DNA of 58,824 nucleotides from Bacilli bacterium (GTDB taxonomy: Bacteria > Bacillota_I > Bacilli_A > RF39 > UBA660): the NCBI GenBank assembly GCA_017511945.1, contig JAFWHR010000003.1, positions 1-58,824 on the forward strand, written 5' to 3'. This document shows, piece after piece, positions 1-10,854 of the stretch (its first letter is position 1; every line of letters starts with the position of its first letter). The notes under the pieces are model-generated. The model was not told the origin of the DNA, ran no database searches, and saw nothing but the letters and a program-made list of their open reading frames with translations. Both the position numbers and the translations under genes were made by a program.

Positions 1-69
1 AAGCTTTAGATTAGTAAGGGTTATTCTTGAACATCTTAGCTTTCTATCCTTACTACGTGAGGTGATTTA

Positions 70-201
70 ATGGAAAAACTATCCAAAAAACAAAAATATA
101 AGTTAGATAGATTAAGCGAAAAGTATAAGATTCATGAAAATTTAAATAGTGAAATAGATGATAAATTATCATTAATAGAAAATGTTATCACAAAACAGTA
201 A
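70..201 (+). CDS. Small hypothetical protein, 43 aa (MEKLSKKQKY...VITKQ), not in ORF track
   Basis: Strong GAGGTG Shine-Dalgarno just upstream of ATG at 70; open to TAA at 199-201. Confidence 0.5.
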   Translation: MEKLSKKQKYKLDRLSEKYKIHENLNSEIDDKLSLIENVITKQ

Positions 202-282
202 AATGAAATGCCCCAAAATAGTAAAATGATATTTACTTTTTTTTTTCAATTTAGTAGAATATTTGTGAAAAGAAGGAATTAT

Positions 283-1158
283 ATGGTTATAGTTATTACA
301 GGGCCTACGGCTACTGGGAAAAGTGAAATGGGAATATATTTAGCTAAGAAGCTAAATGGTGAGATTATAAATTGTGATAGTACACAGATTTTTAAAGGAC
401 TTGATATATGTACTAATAAGGTAAAAGATAATGGTGGGATAGTTCATCATTTAATGGATGTTAAAGATTTAGATGAAGATTACAGCGTTTATGACTATCA
501 AAAGGACTGTAGGTATTTAATAGATGATATTATTTCTAGAAGGAAAGTTCCTATATTAGTAGGTGGGACTGGTTTATATATTAATGCTACTTTATACGAT
601 TATGAATTTGGTTTAAGTGATGATAATGAGTACGATAATTTAAGTGATGATGAAGTTTATGCTATGCTTATTAAAATTGATCCTAATACTAAAATTCATA
701 AAAATAATAGAAGAAGGGTTATTAATGCGATTAATTATTATAATGTAAGTGGCAGGCCTTTTAGTGAAAAAAAAGAGAGTGATACTCTTTTATATGATAC
801 TATTTTTATAGGTTTGACTACTGATAGAGACACGCTTTATGAGAGAATAAATAGAAGAGTAGATAATATGGTTGATGAAGGTTTGATAGATGAGGCTTTA
901 AAGTTATATAAAAGTGGAATTAGAAGTAAGGCTGTTATGACGCCGATTGGACCTAAGGAACTTTTCGATTATTTTGATGGTAAAGTAAGTTTAGATGAAG
1001 CTATAGATTTGATTAAGAGAAAAAGTCGAAGATATGCGAAAAGGCAGTATACTTGGTTTAATAATAAATTGAATTTAAAGTGGTTTAGTGTTAATTATGA
1101 TGATTTTAGTGAAACTTGTAATGAAGCGTTTGATTATATAAAGAATAAATGTAGTTAG
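283..1158 (+). CDS. miaA: tRNA dimethylallyltransferase
   Basis: GPTATGKS P-loop, DSTQIF, VGGTGLY, RRYAKRQYTWF; start moved to ATG 283 after AAGGA. Confidence 0.95.
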   Translation: MVIVITGPTATGKSEMGIYLAKKLNGEIINCDSTQIFKGLDICTNKVKDNGGIVHHLMDVKDLDEDYSVYDYQKDCRYLIDDIISRRKVPILVGGTGLYINATLYDYEFGLSDDNEYDNLSDDEVYAMLIKIDPNTKIHKNNRRRVINAINYYNVSGRPFSEKKESDTLLYDTIFIGLTTDRDTLYERINRRVDNMVDEGLIDEALKLYKSGIRSKAVMTPIGPKELFDYFDGKVSLDEAIDLIKRKSRRYAKRQYTWFNNKLNLKWFSVNYDDFSETCNEAFDYIKNKCS

Positions 1159-1409
1159 ATTTGAGTATTATAATAGAGTAAGTATATTTAAAAGTCGTGG
1201 GAAAAACCTGCAATGAATTCTTTAAAGTGTTGTAATTAAAAGGAAAAGATGAATAAAATGTTAGAGAGGAAGATAATTATATTTTTAAGCGATTGGAAAA
1301 TGTAAAGGGTTAAATTATGTTTACTTATTGAGGGTGCTATAATTGTTATATCTATAAAGATGAGAATGGTATAGAACACTATCCACTTTTTATGATTATG
1401 TTTATATAG

Positions 1410-1437
1410 AAAATACAAGGAATTTCCTTGTATTTTT
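1410..1437. terminator. Bidirectional terminator-like hairpin
   Basis: AAAATACAAGGAA-TTTCCTTGTATTTT palindrome at the end of the minus-strand 456-aa gene. Confidence 0.6.
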
Positions 1438-2806
1438 AAAATAACATTTTGAAGAAAGCGTATACAAATAGACCTGATATTAGACCGCTTATGAATGTTA
1501 CTAATGTAAGTTCTATGAAGGCATTTTTATCTTTAGGTGGTTCTATTTTTTTTACTTTGTCATTTTCTTTTACATTAGTTTTTGGGGTATATGATTTAAT
1601 TATTTCATCTAAAATATCTTTTAGAGATGGTGTTTGATATATAATTTTATCATATAAATCTGATGATAATTGGATTACTAGTTTTTCTTCAGATGGTTCT
1701 AAGTGTTCATCTGATGATAGTTTTTGATATATATTTTTTATACTATTTTCTAAGTTTTGTCTTTCTTTATCAGTTATAGTTTCATTTTCATTTAATTTAG
1801 ATGTAATGCATTCTATTTCTATTTCATTTGATATTTTATTTAATTCGTCTTCTACATTTTCTTTTTCAGTATCTTCTTTAGTAGTAGTTGATGTGTCTTT
1901 TTTACTTACTTCTTTTTTATTTGGAAATTCTACTTTTAAACTTCCGTTGTTTTCTCTACTTACTACTATTGGCTCGAAACCTTTATCAGTTTCTAGTATT
2001 AGGGCACCATCTATTTTATTATCTGATGGTTTAATGCCATATACTTTAGTTATGTCACTTCTAGTATTTAATACGTAAGATTTTATCTCATTTAATGTAT
2101 CATCCATTTTATCTGAATCTACAGTTTCATTTTTGGTATAAGTAAACTTGGCTTCTCTTTCCATAGTATCTTTTATTTGAGTATCAATTTCCCTTTGAAT
2201 GTTTTCTTTATTGGCATAATCAAATTGTAGACTTTTGACAATTATATCGTAAATAGGAATGTTTGGGTTGTTATTAATTACTGTATGTGGAATTCCATTT
2301 TTATCCTTATAAACTATTAGAGTATACGATTTAGATGGATTAATTTCATATTCGAATATTCCGTTTTTTTCAAATAGTTCTTTTAAATCTAAGTCGGTGT
2401 TTTTCTCTATCATATCTTTTTTTTCATCTACGTTATCTATGTTTTTTTGTAGTTCGGTTTTTAAGAAGTTTAATGTTTCTATGTACTTTTTATTATCTTT
2501 AATGTTTTCGAGATATCTTTTAATGTCTCTATTTTCAACTGTGTTAAATTTTTCTTTAAAGTCTTTTTCCATACTTTCTATAGAAGTATATTTATTATTT
2601 TTAATGTTTTCTAAGATTTCTCTTTTAAACATCTCAATTATTCCTAAACTTAAGAATTTTTTGGCTTCATTTTTGTTTTTAAATGTTGTAAAGTCTACTT
2701 TTTGTGGACCATTTTTGTACATAAATACATCAAGTCTTCTTCCTTTTAGATAAAATACAAATGTCTTTCCGTTAATGTTTATTATGTGTCTATTCACTTT
2801 TATCAA
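1436..2806 (-). CDS. Hypothetical protein with C-terminal membrane anchor
   Basis: 456-aa ORF, AGGAG RBS, charged body, C-terminal hydrophobic helix preceded by KVKKI. Confidence 0.75.
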   Translation of the reverse strand: MIKVNRHIININGKTFVFYLKGRRLDVFMYKNGPQKVDFTTFKNKNEAKKFLSLGIIEMFKREILENIKNNKYTSIESMEKDFKEKFNTVENRDIKRYLENIKDNKKYIETLNFLKTELQKNIDNVDEKKDMIEKNTDLDLKELFEKNGIFEYEINPSKSYTLIVYKDKNGIPHTVINNNPNIPIYDIIVKSLQFDYANKENIQREIDTQIKDTMEREAKFTYTKNETVDSDKMDDTLNEIKSYVLNTRSDITKVYGIKPSDNKIDGALILETDKGFEPIVVSRENNGSLKVEFPNKKEVSKKDTSTTTKEDTEKENVEDELNKISNEIEIECITSKLNENETITDKERQNLENSIKNIYQKLSSDEHLEPSEEKLVIQLSSDLYDKIIYQTPSLKDILDEIIKSYTPKTNVKENDKVKKIEPPKDKNAFIELTLVTFISGLISGLFVYAFFKMLF

Positions 2807-2898
2807 CTCCTAAGGTTAATTATACAATATTTTGATTATTTTATCAATTTGAATATTTTAGAAAATTGTGTATAATATGTACCTTGTGAGGGGATTAT

Positions 2899-3441
2899 AT
2901 GGATTATGAGTTAATGATTCCAGATTCTTATCATCCGAGTGTATATGACATTAATTATTCTTTGATTAGAGATAATGGAATTAAATATGCGGTTTTTGAT
3001 GTAGACTGTACTATTTTACCTTTTGATGATATTAATGTAGGTGATGATTTAATAAATCTTTTTGATTATATAAAGTCATTGGGGATTCAAAGTGTGTTAT
3101 GTAGTAGTGGTTCTAAAAAAAGGGTTGAAGTAGTTGGTGAGAAGTTAGATATTAATTACATGTATGGAGCTAGAAAACCATATGTTGGATTTAATAGTTT
3201 AAAAAGTTTGTTTGATGATGATTTTGAGAGAAAAAAATCTGTTTTTATTGGTGATTCACCATTTTTCGATATGTATAATGCTGGCAAGATTAATATGAAT
3301 AAAATTTTAGTTGATATGTTAATTCAAGGCTTTAATTTTAAGACTTATACTAATGAATTTATTAGGGCTGCTCTATTTAAAAGGTTAAGAGTTTACGGTT
3401 TGGAAGAAAAAAAATACTATAGAGGAAGTATAGAGAGATAA
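2899..3441 (+). CDS. YqeG-like HAD IIIA phosphatase
   Basis: FDVDCT motif I, ARKP, FIGD motif. Confidence 0.85.
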   Translation: MDYELMIPDSYHPSVYDINYSLIRDNGIKYAVFDVDCTILPFDDINVGDDLINLFDYIKSLGIQSVLCSSGSKKRVEVVGEKLDINYMYGARKPYVGFNSLKSLFDDDFERKKSVFIGDSPFFDMYNAGKINMNKILVDMLIQGFNFKTYTNEFIRAALFKRLRVYGLEEKKYYRGSIER

Positions 3442-3481
3442 ATCTATACTTTTTTTGATATAATTTATTTAGGTGGTCTTT

Positions 3482-4693
3482 ATGAAAATAATAATGCATA
3501 TAGATGTCAATAATGCTTTTTTATCTTGGAGTGCGATTTATTTATTAAATAATGGGTTTAAATATGATATTAGAAATAGTTATGCGGTTATTGGTGGTGA
3601 TGAGAAAAGTAGAAGGGGTATTGTACTTGCTAAATCTACTCCTGCTAAAAGAAGGGGAGTTGTTACTGGTGAAACTTTATATAGTGCGAGAAAGAAATGC
3701 ATAGGTCTAAAAAGTTATAAACCTAATTACAAGTTTTATAAAAAAATGAGTGATACAATGTTTAAACTTATAAAGGGATATTCACCTGATATAGAGAAGA
3801 TGAGTATTGATGAGTGTTTTTTAGATTACACTCCTGTTAAAAGATTATATGGGGATGAAATAGAGTTTGCTGAAAGAATAAAAAAAGAGATTTATCAAAA
3901 ACTGGGTTTTACTGTAAATGTTGGTATTGGAAATAATAAGTTATGTGCGAAGATGGCATCTGATTTTTCTAAACCTAATAAGGTTCATACTTTATTTTTA
4001 GATGAAGTTTCTAAAAAGATGTGGCCTTTAAAGGTCGGAAAACTTTTTGGAATAGGAAAGCAGACTGAGAAGAAATTAAACACTCTTGGTATTTATTATA
4101 TTAAAGATTTAGCTTGCTTTGATGAAAAAACGTTAAAAAAGTATTTTAAAAGCCAAGCTGCTTATATGATTAAATCTGCTAGGGGATTTGGCAGTGATGA
4201 GGTTATAAGTGAGGAATCTATTAGTAAGGGTATTGGGAATGAGACTACTTTAGATCATAACATTTATAGTAAAGAAGAATTATACCCTTATCTTTTAGGT
4301 CTTTGTGAAAATGTTTGTCTTAGACTTAGAAGAGATGATAGGTATGCTTTTGTGGTTGCGGTTACAATTAAGGATAAGTTTTTTAAGAGAAAAAGTCATC
4401 AAAAAAGGTTAGTTAATGCGACTAATATAACTGAGGAGGTATATAATTTATCTAAAGAGATTTTAAGTGAGATGAATGTAGAAGATGGAGTTAGATTGAT
4501 TGGGGTTAGACTAGATGGACTATCAGATTTTTCATATCATCAGACTAGTTTATTTGAAAATATAAATGATAGGGATAGCATTAATAATTTAGATAAGACG
4601 ATAGATGAGATAAAGGATAGGTTTGGGTTTAAAGTTATCGGTAAAGCGTCTTTAAATAATAGAGAGGTCAGAAATAAATATTTAGATAAATAG
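3482..4693 (+). CDS. dinB: DNA polymerase IV (Y family)
   Basis: HIDVNNAF, SIDECFLD, AKMASDFSKPN, LFGIG. Confidence 0.95.
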   Translation: MKIIMHIDVNNAFLSWSAIYLLNNGFKYDIRNSYAVIGGDEKSRRGIVLAKSTPAKRRGVVTGETLYSARKKCIGLKSYKPNYKFYKKMSDTMFKLIKGYSPDIEKMSIDECFLDYTPVKRLYGDEIEFAERIKKEIYQKLGFTVNVGIGNNKLCAKMASDFSKPNKVHTLFLDEVSKKMWPLKVGKLFGIGKQTEKKLNTLGIYYIKDLACFDEKTLKKYFKSQAAYMIKSARGFGSDEVISEESISKGIGNETTLDHNIYSKEELYPYLLGLCENVCLRLRRDDRYAFVVAVTIKDKFFKRKSHQKRLVNATNITEEVYNLSKEILSEMNVEDGVRLIGVRLDGLSDFSYHQTSLFENINDRDSINNLDKTIDEIKDRFGFKVIGKASLNNREVRNKYLDK

Positions 4694-4747
4694 TTGTATA
4701 TTTTATTATTAGATGTTATACTCTAGTTTAGAAAAGTAGGTGGATAT

Positions 4748-6568
4748 ATGGGAATTATTTATTTGATGACTTTTACTTTATTATTTTTAACTATTTTGCT
4801 TTTTAAAAAAAGTGATAAGAAACTTAATTTAGTTGTATGCATTATTTTTAGTGGATGCATTTTGTATTTTTATAGTTTACTTTGCGCTTCTGTCCTTTCG
4901 TTTTTAAATATTAAAAATACTCTTTTTAATTTTTCTATTTTAAATATTCTTACAGGTTTAATTGTTTATTTATACAATAGAAAAAAACATGATAAGTTTA
5001 CTTTACAAGAGTTTTATGTCAATAAGATAGAAGTAGTATGCGTTTTAGTTATAATTGTCTTATGTCTAGTGTTTGGCATTATTAGGTATTCTGGTTTTAC
5101 TTCAACTAATTACAGAATAAGTGATGCGACCGTTCACTTTAAGATGAGTCATGATTACAGCACTTATCAGAAACTTTTTGATAGTGGTTACAGTGATTCA
5201 TTTTATGAATTTAAAAATTCGATGTATGGATATTATGTTCCTTGTGGAATAGTTATGAACATTTTACCTTTTAACGGTGTTACTTCATATAACATTTTTA
5301 ATACTCTGTTTTTATGTTTACTTTCTTTAAGTTTTTATGCAGTTATACTTGTCATGAGTAAGGATGATAAACACAATATATTTAAGATTATTTTAGTTTT
5401 ACTTTATACACTTGCTTATCCACTAAATTACACTTTGTTTGGTTTTGGATATTTAGGACCTGGCATTTTATCTGTGACACTTATAATACTAACTTGGAAT
5501 TTGATTTTAAAAAGTGATAAAAAGTATTTATATTATCTACTATTTTTATTTAATTTCGGACTTTTTGTAAGTTACTATTTATTTGTTCCAGCGGTATTTT
5601 TAGCTGAAGGGCTATTTCTAATATATCTGTTTGTTAGTGGCAGGTATAAGTTTACTGAACTATTAAAATATGGAATTATATGTTTGATCATTCCAACTTT
5701 ATTTGGATTTTTCTATTTGATATATCAGGGTCTAGGAGCGAGCGAGGCAATAAATAGTTATAGTATTGATGGGTTTTCATATAAAAATTTAATTGGCAAT
5801 TACATTCTTTTAATTCCTCTTGTGTGCATTTCTATAATAGAGCAGATTAAGAAAAAAAAGGTAGATTTTAATTTAGTATTTATAATCTGTGAGGTTTTAT
5901 ATATTGTAGTTACATTTATTTTAATAGCAAACAAATCTGTCTCTCCATATTATTTTTATAAGCCTTATTACATTTTATGGATAATAGTTAATCTATTTGT
6001 ATTTAAACTCATAGAGATAAATAAGTATAAAACAGTTTTAATAGTTAGTTATTCATTTATAATATTCTGCATTGTATTTTCTATTTTTGATGTTGAAAAG
6101 ATGATCAGTAATAAAAATGGTGAGTTTCCTTATTCTGGAACGGTTCATCAACTTGGGGATATATATTCTTTTAATTATGACATGTTTACTAGAACTTTGG
6201 TCATTTCTAAAGGTGAGATAGAACTTATGGAAAGTGCTTCTAAATTTGCGAAAGCGTGCAATATTAATAGTAAAAATAATGATTTACCTTATGTTTCATA
6301 TTACTCACAGAGAAGATGGTTTTACATGATAACGGGAATTGTTCCTGCTATGGATTATAGAAAGGGAGATTCCAATGATGTATATACTAGGAATTTTGTA
6401 TATGACGACTTTATGAAAAGTGATAGAGTTTTATGTATAGCTGTTTCTAATGATTATATCGATGAGAATAATAAAGGTGATAATAAGATTAACATTGAAT
6501 ATGATAAGTTTGACATTCTATTTAAAAATAAGTATGGAAAGTTAATAAAAAAAACTAGAACTAATTAG
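4748..6568 (+). CDS. Polytopic membrane protein, possibly a GT-C-fold glycosyltransferase
   Basis: Many hydrophobic helices, DxxxH in the first external loop, soluble C-terminal domain; function inferred. Confidence 0.55.
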   Translation: MGIIYLMTFTLLFLTILLFKKSDKKLNLVVCIIFSGCILYFYSLLCASVLSFLNIKNTLFNFSILNILTGLIVYLYNRKKHDKFTLQEFYVNKIEVVCVLVIIVLCLVFGIIRYSGFTSTNYRISDATVHFKMSHDYSTYQKLFDSGYSDSFYEFKNSMYGYYVPCGIVMNILPFNGVTSYNIFNTLFLCLLSLSFYAVILVMSKDDKHNIFKIILVLLYTLAYPLNYTLFGFGYLGPGILSVTLIILTWNLILKSDKKYLYYLLFLFNFGLFVSYYLFVPAVFLAEGLFLIYLFVSGRYKFTELLKYGIICLIIPTLFGFFYLIYQGLGASEAINSYSIDGFSYKNLIGNYILLIPLVCISIIEQIKKKKVDFNLVFIICEVLYIVVTFILIANKSVSPYYFYKPYYILWIIVNLFVFKLIEINKYKTVLIVSYSFIIFCIVFSIFDVEKMISNKNGEFPYSGTVHQLGDIYSFNYDMFTRTLVISKGEIELMESASKFAKACNINSKNNDLPYVSYYSQRRWFYMITGIVPAMDYRKGDSNDVYTRNFVYDDFMKSDRVLCIAVSNDYIDENNKGDNKINIEYDKFDILFKNKYGKLIKKTRTN

Positions 6569-6720
6569 ATTTATATTAGTGGTATATAGATGAACTGTTA
6601 AAAAATGGATTCAAGGATTTTTGTATAATAAAACTCAATTTATAATATGATTAAGTTTATTAATTTACATCTAAAAGTATAAATGATATAATATTTGTGG
6701 AAATTAGAGGTGGTTTTATT

Positions 6721-7452
6721 ATGGAAGTATCTAAAATTAAAGAGGCACTTATTCTCCAAAGAAAGATGGGTTTATCAGGAAATTTATATCATAAGACACA
6801 GTTGGACTTTGCCTATAATACAAATCATATTGAAGGTTCTACCTTAACACCAGATGAAACGGCTAGTATTTATGACACTGGAACCATTTTGACAAGTAGT
6901 GAAAAAGTCATAGTTTTAAAAGATGTTACTGAAACAAAAAATCACTTTACTTTATTTAAATACATGCTGGATACTTTAGATGAGGAATTGACAGAAAAAA
7001 TGATTAAGAAGTTTCATTTTATATTAAAAGATGGAACATTGACAGATGAAGAAAAAGAATGGTTTAATGTTGGCGAATACAAAAAGAGAAAGAATTTTGT
7101 AGGCAATATAACTACAACTATTCCGAGCGAAGTGGGTAGTGAGATGAAAGCACTTCTAAAGTGGTATAAAGCAGTAGAAGACAAACGTGTGGAAGACATA
7201 ATTGAATTTCATGTAAGGTTTGAAAAGATACATCCTTTTCAAGATGGTAATGGTAGGGTTGGCCGTATGATAATGTTTAGAGAATGTCTTTACAATGATA
7301 TTATGCCTTTTTACATAGAGGATAGAAATAGAGATTTTTACATTCGTGGTATTAAGAAGTATCAAGTGGAGAATGAAAAAGGTTATTTAATTGATACTTG
7401 TTTAAACAGTCAAGATAACTATGAAAAATTAGCTGATTACTTTTTAGAATAA
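6721..7452 (+). CDS. Fic-domain AMP transferase with N-terminal inhibitory motif (class II type)
   Basis: HPFQDGNGRVGR catalytic motif; TNHIEG fits (S/T)xxxE(G/N). Confidence 0.9.
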   Translation: MEVSKIKEALILQRKMGLSGNLYHKTQLDFAYNTNHIEGSTLTPDETASIYDTGTILTSSEKVIVLKDVTETKNHFTLFKYMLDTLDEELTEKMIKKFHFILKDGTLTDEEKEWFNVGEYKKRKNFVGNITTTIPSEVGSEMKALLKWYKAVEDKRVEDIIEFHVRFEKIHPFQDGNGRVGRMIMFRECLYNDIMPFYIEDRNRDFYIRGIKKYQVENEKGYLIDTCLNSQDNYEKLADYFLE

Positions 7453-7614
7453 AGTATAAAATAGGTAAACATTTAATCTTTTTTATGGAAAAGACTTACA
7501 AATGGAATACAGTTATTTGGAAAAAGAATTATTCATGCAGTTAAATATTTAAAATAATATTGACAATTGATTTTTCTTTTTTTTTACATTATAATGGTTG
7601 TTGAGGTTAAGAAT

Positions 7615-9753
7615 ATGAATGAAAGCATAATTAGTGGAATATCAAAAGAGTTAAATGTAGGGGTTAATCAGGTTTCAAAGACTTTGAAATTACTCAGTGA
7701 GGGTAATACTATACCTTTTATTGCAAGGTATAGAAAAGAAGTTACTGGAGCTTTAGATGAAGAAGAGATTAGAAAAATATCTGATGTTTATGAGTATCAG
7801 GAAAATCTATTAAAAAGAAAAGAAGATGTGATTAGACTTATAGATGAGAAAGGTTTACTAACTGATGAGATTAAGGAAAACATTATGAAAGCTGAAAAAC
7901 TCTCTGAAGTTGAAGATTTATATAGACCTTATAAAGAAAAGAAGAAAACTAAAGCAACTGAGGCTATTAAAAATGGTCTTGAACCTCTAGCAAAACTCAT
8001 CATGAGTTATACTGATAGAGATATAGATGAACTTGTAAAACCTTTTTTAAATGAAAATGTTTTAAATAAAGATGAAGCATTAAAGGGTGCATCTTACATA
8101 ATTGCTGAGTGGGTTAGTGATAATGCTTTTTACAGAAAATGGATTAGAAGATTTGTATACAATGAGGGATTTGTCGTAACTAAACTTAAGAAAAGTGCAT
8201 CTGATGATAATAAGGTTTATGAGATGTACTATGAGTTTAGAGAGAAGATTAAGTTTGCAAAGGGTTACAGGATAATGGCTATTAATAGAGCCGAGAAAGA
8301 AAAAGTAATAAGTGTAAGTATAGATGTAGATAAGGATAAGATAATAGATTATTTAAAAAAGAGGGTTATTAAGAGAGATGGGAAATATAACTTTATTATT
8401 GAAGAGGCTATATTAGATAGTTTTAAGAGATTAATTTTTCCTTCAATTCAAAGGGAAATTAGATCTGATTTAATGGATAAAGCGTGCCGTGAGTCACTTG
8501 TCAACTTTGGAAACAATTTAGAGAAGGTACTTATGCAAAGGCCGATGAAGGAAAAGGTGGTTTTAGGTTTTGATCCGGCTTTTAGAACTGGATGTAAACT
8601 TGCGGTAGTTGACGGTACTGGTAAGATGTTAGAAGTTTCTGTCATATATCCTCATGAGCCTAAAAACGAAAAAGAGAAGAGTAAAAAAATTTTACTTGAT
8701 CTAATTGATAAATATAATGTCGATATTATAGCTATTGGAAATGGTACTGCATCTAGAGAGTCAGAGGCTTTTGTAAGTGATGTTATAAAAGATTCTAAAA
8801 GAAATACACAGTATATAATTGTAAGTGAAGCGGGGGCTTCTGTATATTCGGCAAGTAAACTTGCGATTGAAGAGTTTCCTTCTTTACATGTTGAGCAGAG
8901 AAGTGCGATAAGTATTGCGAGAAGACTTCAAGATCCATTGGCTGAACTTGTAAAAATAGATCCTGAAAGTATAGGGGTTGGAATGTATCAACATGATGTT
9001 CCAGATAAAGATTTAAAAAGTTCTTTGGACTTTACTGTGGAAAAGTGTGTGAATGGTGTAGGTGTCAATGTAAATACATCTAGTTATTCTCTTTTAAAAT
9101 ATGTATCTGGACTTACTAAGACTAATATTAATAAGATAATTAAATATAGAGATGAAAATGGTAAATTTAAAAGTAGAGATGAAATTAAGAAACTACTTTC
9201 TGATAAAGTGTACAAACAGGCAGCTGGTTTTTTAAGGGTAATAGGTGAGAATGTACTAGATAGAACGGCTATACATCCTGAGAGTTATGATATTACTTTA
9301 AGACTTTTAAGTATGCTCGATTTAGATTTAGAAAATATTGGAAAAGAAGAGTTTAATGATAAATTAAATATAAATATAGATGAATATGCTTCTATTTTAA
9401 AAACTGATAAATATACTTTAGAAGATATTATAAATAGTCTATTTAAACCTATGAGAGATCCTAGAGATGATATGCCAAGTCCTCTTCTTAGAAGTGACGT
9501 TTTGGATATTAAGGATTTGAAAATTGGTATGCAGCTTGAGGGTACTGTTAGAAATGTAACCGATTTTGGTGCCTTTATAGATATCGGTTTACACAACGAT
9601 GGACTTGCGCATATTTCTAAGTTAACTGATAAGTTTATAAAACATCCGATGGAGGTTTTAAATGTAGGTGATATAGTTACTTGCTATGTAGATGATGTTT
9701 TATACGATAAGGAAAAGGTTTCTCTATCTTTGATTAAACCTACAGGAATATAG
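7615..9753 (+). CDS. tex: Tex family RNA-binding transcription accessory protein
   Basis: GNTIPFIARYRKE, DPAFRTGCK, EAGASVYSAS, C-terminal S1 domain. Confidence 0.95.
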   Translation: MNESIISGISKELNVGVNQVSKTLKLLSEGNTIPFIARYRKEVTGALDEEEIRKISDVYEYQENLLKRKEDVIRLIDEKGLLTDEIKENIMKAEKLSEVEDLYRPYKEKKKTKATEAIKNGLEPLAKLIMSYTDRDIDELVKPFLNENVLNKDEALKGASYIIAEWVSDNAFYRKWIRRFVYNEGFVVTKLKKSASDDNKVYEMYYEFREKIKFAKGYRIMAINRAEKEKVISVSIDVDKDKIIDYLKKRVIKRDGKYNFIIEEAILDSFKRLIFPSIQREIRSDLMDKACRESLVNFGNNLEKVLMQRPMKEKVVLGFDPAFRTGCKLAVVDGTGKMLEVSVIYPHEPKNEKEKSKKILLDLIDKYNVDIIAIGNGTASRESEAFVSDVIKDSKRNTQYIIVSEAGASVYSASKLAIEEFPSLHVEQRSAISIARRLQDPLAELVKIDPESIGVGMYQHDVPDKDLKSSLDFTVEKCVNGVGVNVNTSSYSLLKYVSGLTKTNINKIIKYRDENGKFKSRDEIKKLLSDKVYKQAAGFLRVIGENVLDRTAIHPESYDITLRLLSMLDLDLENIGKEEFNDKLNINIDEYASILKTDKYTLEDIINSLFKPMRDPRDDMPSPLLRSDVLDIKDLKIGMQLEGTVRNVTDFGAFIDIGLHNDGLAHISKLTDKFIKHPMEVLNVGDIVTCYVDDVLYDKEKVSLSLIKPTGI

Positions 9754-9766
9754 AAAGGGGTATTTT

Positions 9767-10591
9767 ATGGAAATTATTAAAGCGATTTTATTTGGTATTG
9801 TTGAGGGTATTACTGAGTGGCTTCCTATTAGTAGTACTGGGCACATGATTTTACTTGATGAGTTTATCAAGTTAGATGTAAGTAAGGAGTTTTATGAACT
9901 TTTTGAAGTTGTTATTCAACTTGGTGCAATTATGGCTGTGGTAATATTGTTTTGGAAGAAAATATGGCCATTTTACAGTGCGAGAGGTAAAACTAGACTT
10001 AACCATAGCGTCATTTCTCTATGGGGTAAGATATTAGTTGCATGTCTTCCAGCAGCTATTATTGGTCTTGCATTAGATGATTTTATAGATGATCATCTTC
10101 ATACTGGAGTTGTAGTATCTCTTACTTTGATAATCTATGGTATTATATTTATTATAATTGAGTCTAAAAATATAGGAAGTAAGAGTGTCAAAGATTTGGG
10201 TGATATCACTTATAAACAGGCCTTAGGTATTGGTGGATTTCAACTTTTGTCTTTAATTCCCGGTACATCTAGAAGTGGATCTACTATTATAGGTGGACTT
10301 ATTTTGGGTCTTGAGAGAAGTATTGCAGCTGAGTTTACTTTCTTTTTAGCTATACCGGTTATGTTTGGGGCTTCTCTTTTAAAACTTGTCAAATATGTAT
10401 TAAAAGTTGGATTTACTTTTAGTGGTATGGAACTTGGAATTTTATTAACTGGATGTATAGTTTCATTTATAGTCAGTTTATTTGTAATTAAATTCTTACT
10501 AAGTTATATTAGAAAGCACGACTTTAAACCTTTTGGTTACTATAGAATTATACTTGGAATTATTATTTTAGTTTATTTTTGGCTATTTTAA
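9767..10591 (+). CDS. uppP: Undecaprenyl-diphosphate phosphatase
   Basis: GIVEGITEWLPISSTGH and PGTSRSG motifs. Confidence 0.95.
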   Translation: MEIIKAILFGIVEGITEWLPISSTGHMILLDEFIKLDVSKEFYELFEVVIQLGAIMAVVILFWKKIWPFYSARGKTRLNHSVISLWGKILVACLPAAIIGLALDDFIDDHLHTGVVVSLTLIIYGIIFIIIESKNIGSKSVKDLGDITYKQALGIGGFQLLSLIPGTSRSGSTIIGGLILGLERSIAAEFTFFLAIPVMFGASLLKLVKYVLKVGFTFSGMELGILLTGCIVSFIVSLFVIKFLLSYIRKHDFKPFGYYRIILGIIILVYFWLF

Positions 10592-10592
10592 A

Positions 10593-10621
10593 TTGACAAT
10601 AATTGGTTTATTATTTATAAT
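10593..10621 (+). promoter_or_regulatory. SigA promoter of the argS leader
   Basis: Perfect TTGACA-N17-TATAAT. Confidence 0.85.
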
Positions 10622-10629
10622 ACTTTAAA

Positions 10630-10832
10630 AAGTGATGACGAAGGAGTAGTAGTAGGATTAAACATTTTCAGTGAGTTAGTGGATGGTGTGAACTAATGAT
10701 GTTTACTTATGAACGAGCCTTTTGAACTTTGGTCTTGCCAGCATTATAGGGCTTATTTGAGTGCATAGAAAATTCTATGAATTAAGGTGGTACCGCGGAA
10801 TATTTCGTCCTTAGTTTATGGGATTTTTTTAT
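10630..10832 (+). promoter_or_regulatory. T-box riboswitch (Arg; putative specifier CGA at 10714-10716)
   Basis: AGTA and GGTGTGAA stem I motifs, GAA-CGA specifier loop, T-box AAGGTGGTACCGCG (~10784-10797), terminator with U-run, upstream of argS. Confidence 0.9.
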
Positions 10833-10854
10833 GGTTTTGAAAGGGTGATATGAT

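Noticed and set aside
1236-1418. 60-aa minus-strand ORF
   Set aside because: Starts inside a terminator hairpin, has no RBS and no recognisable motif
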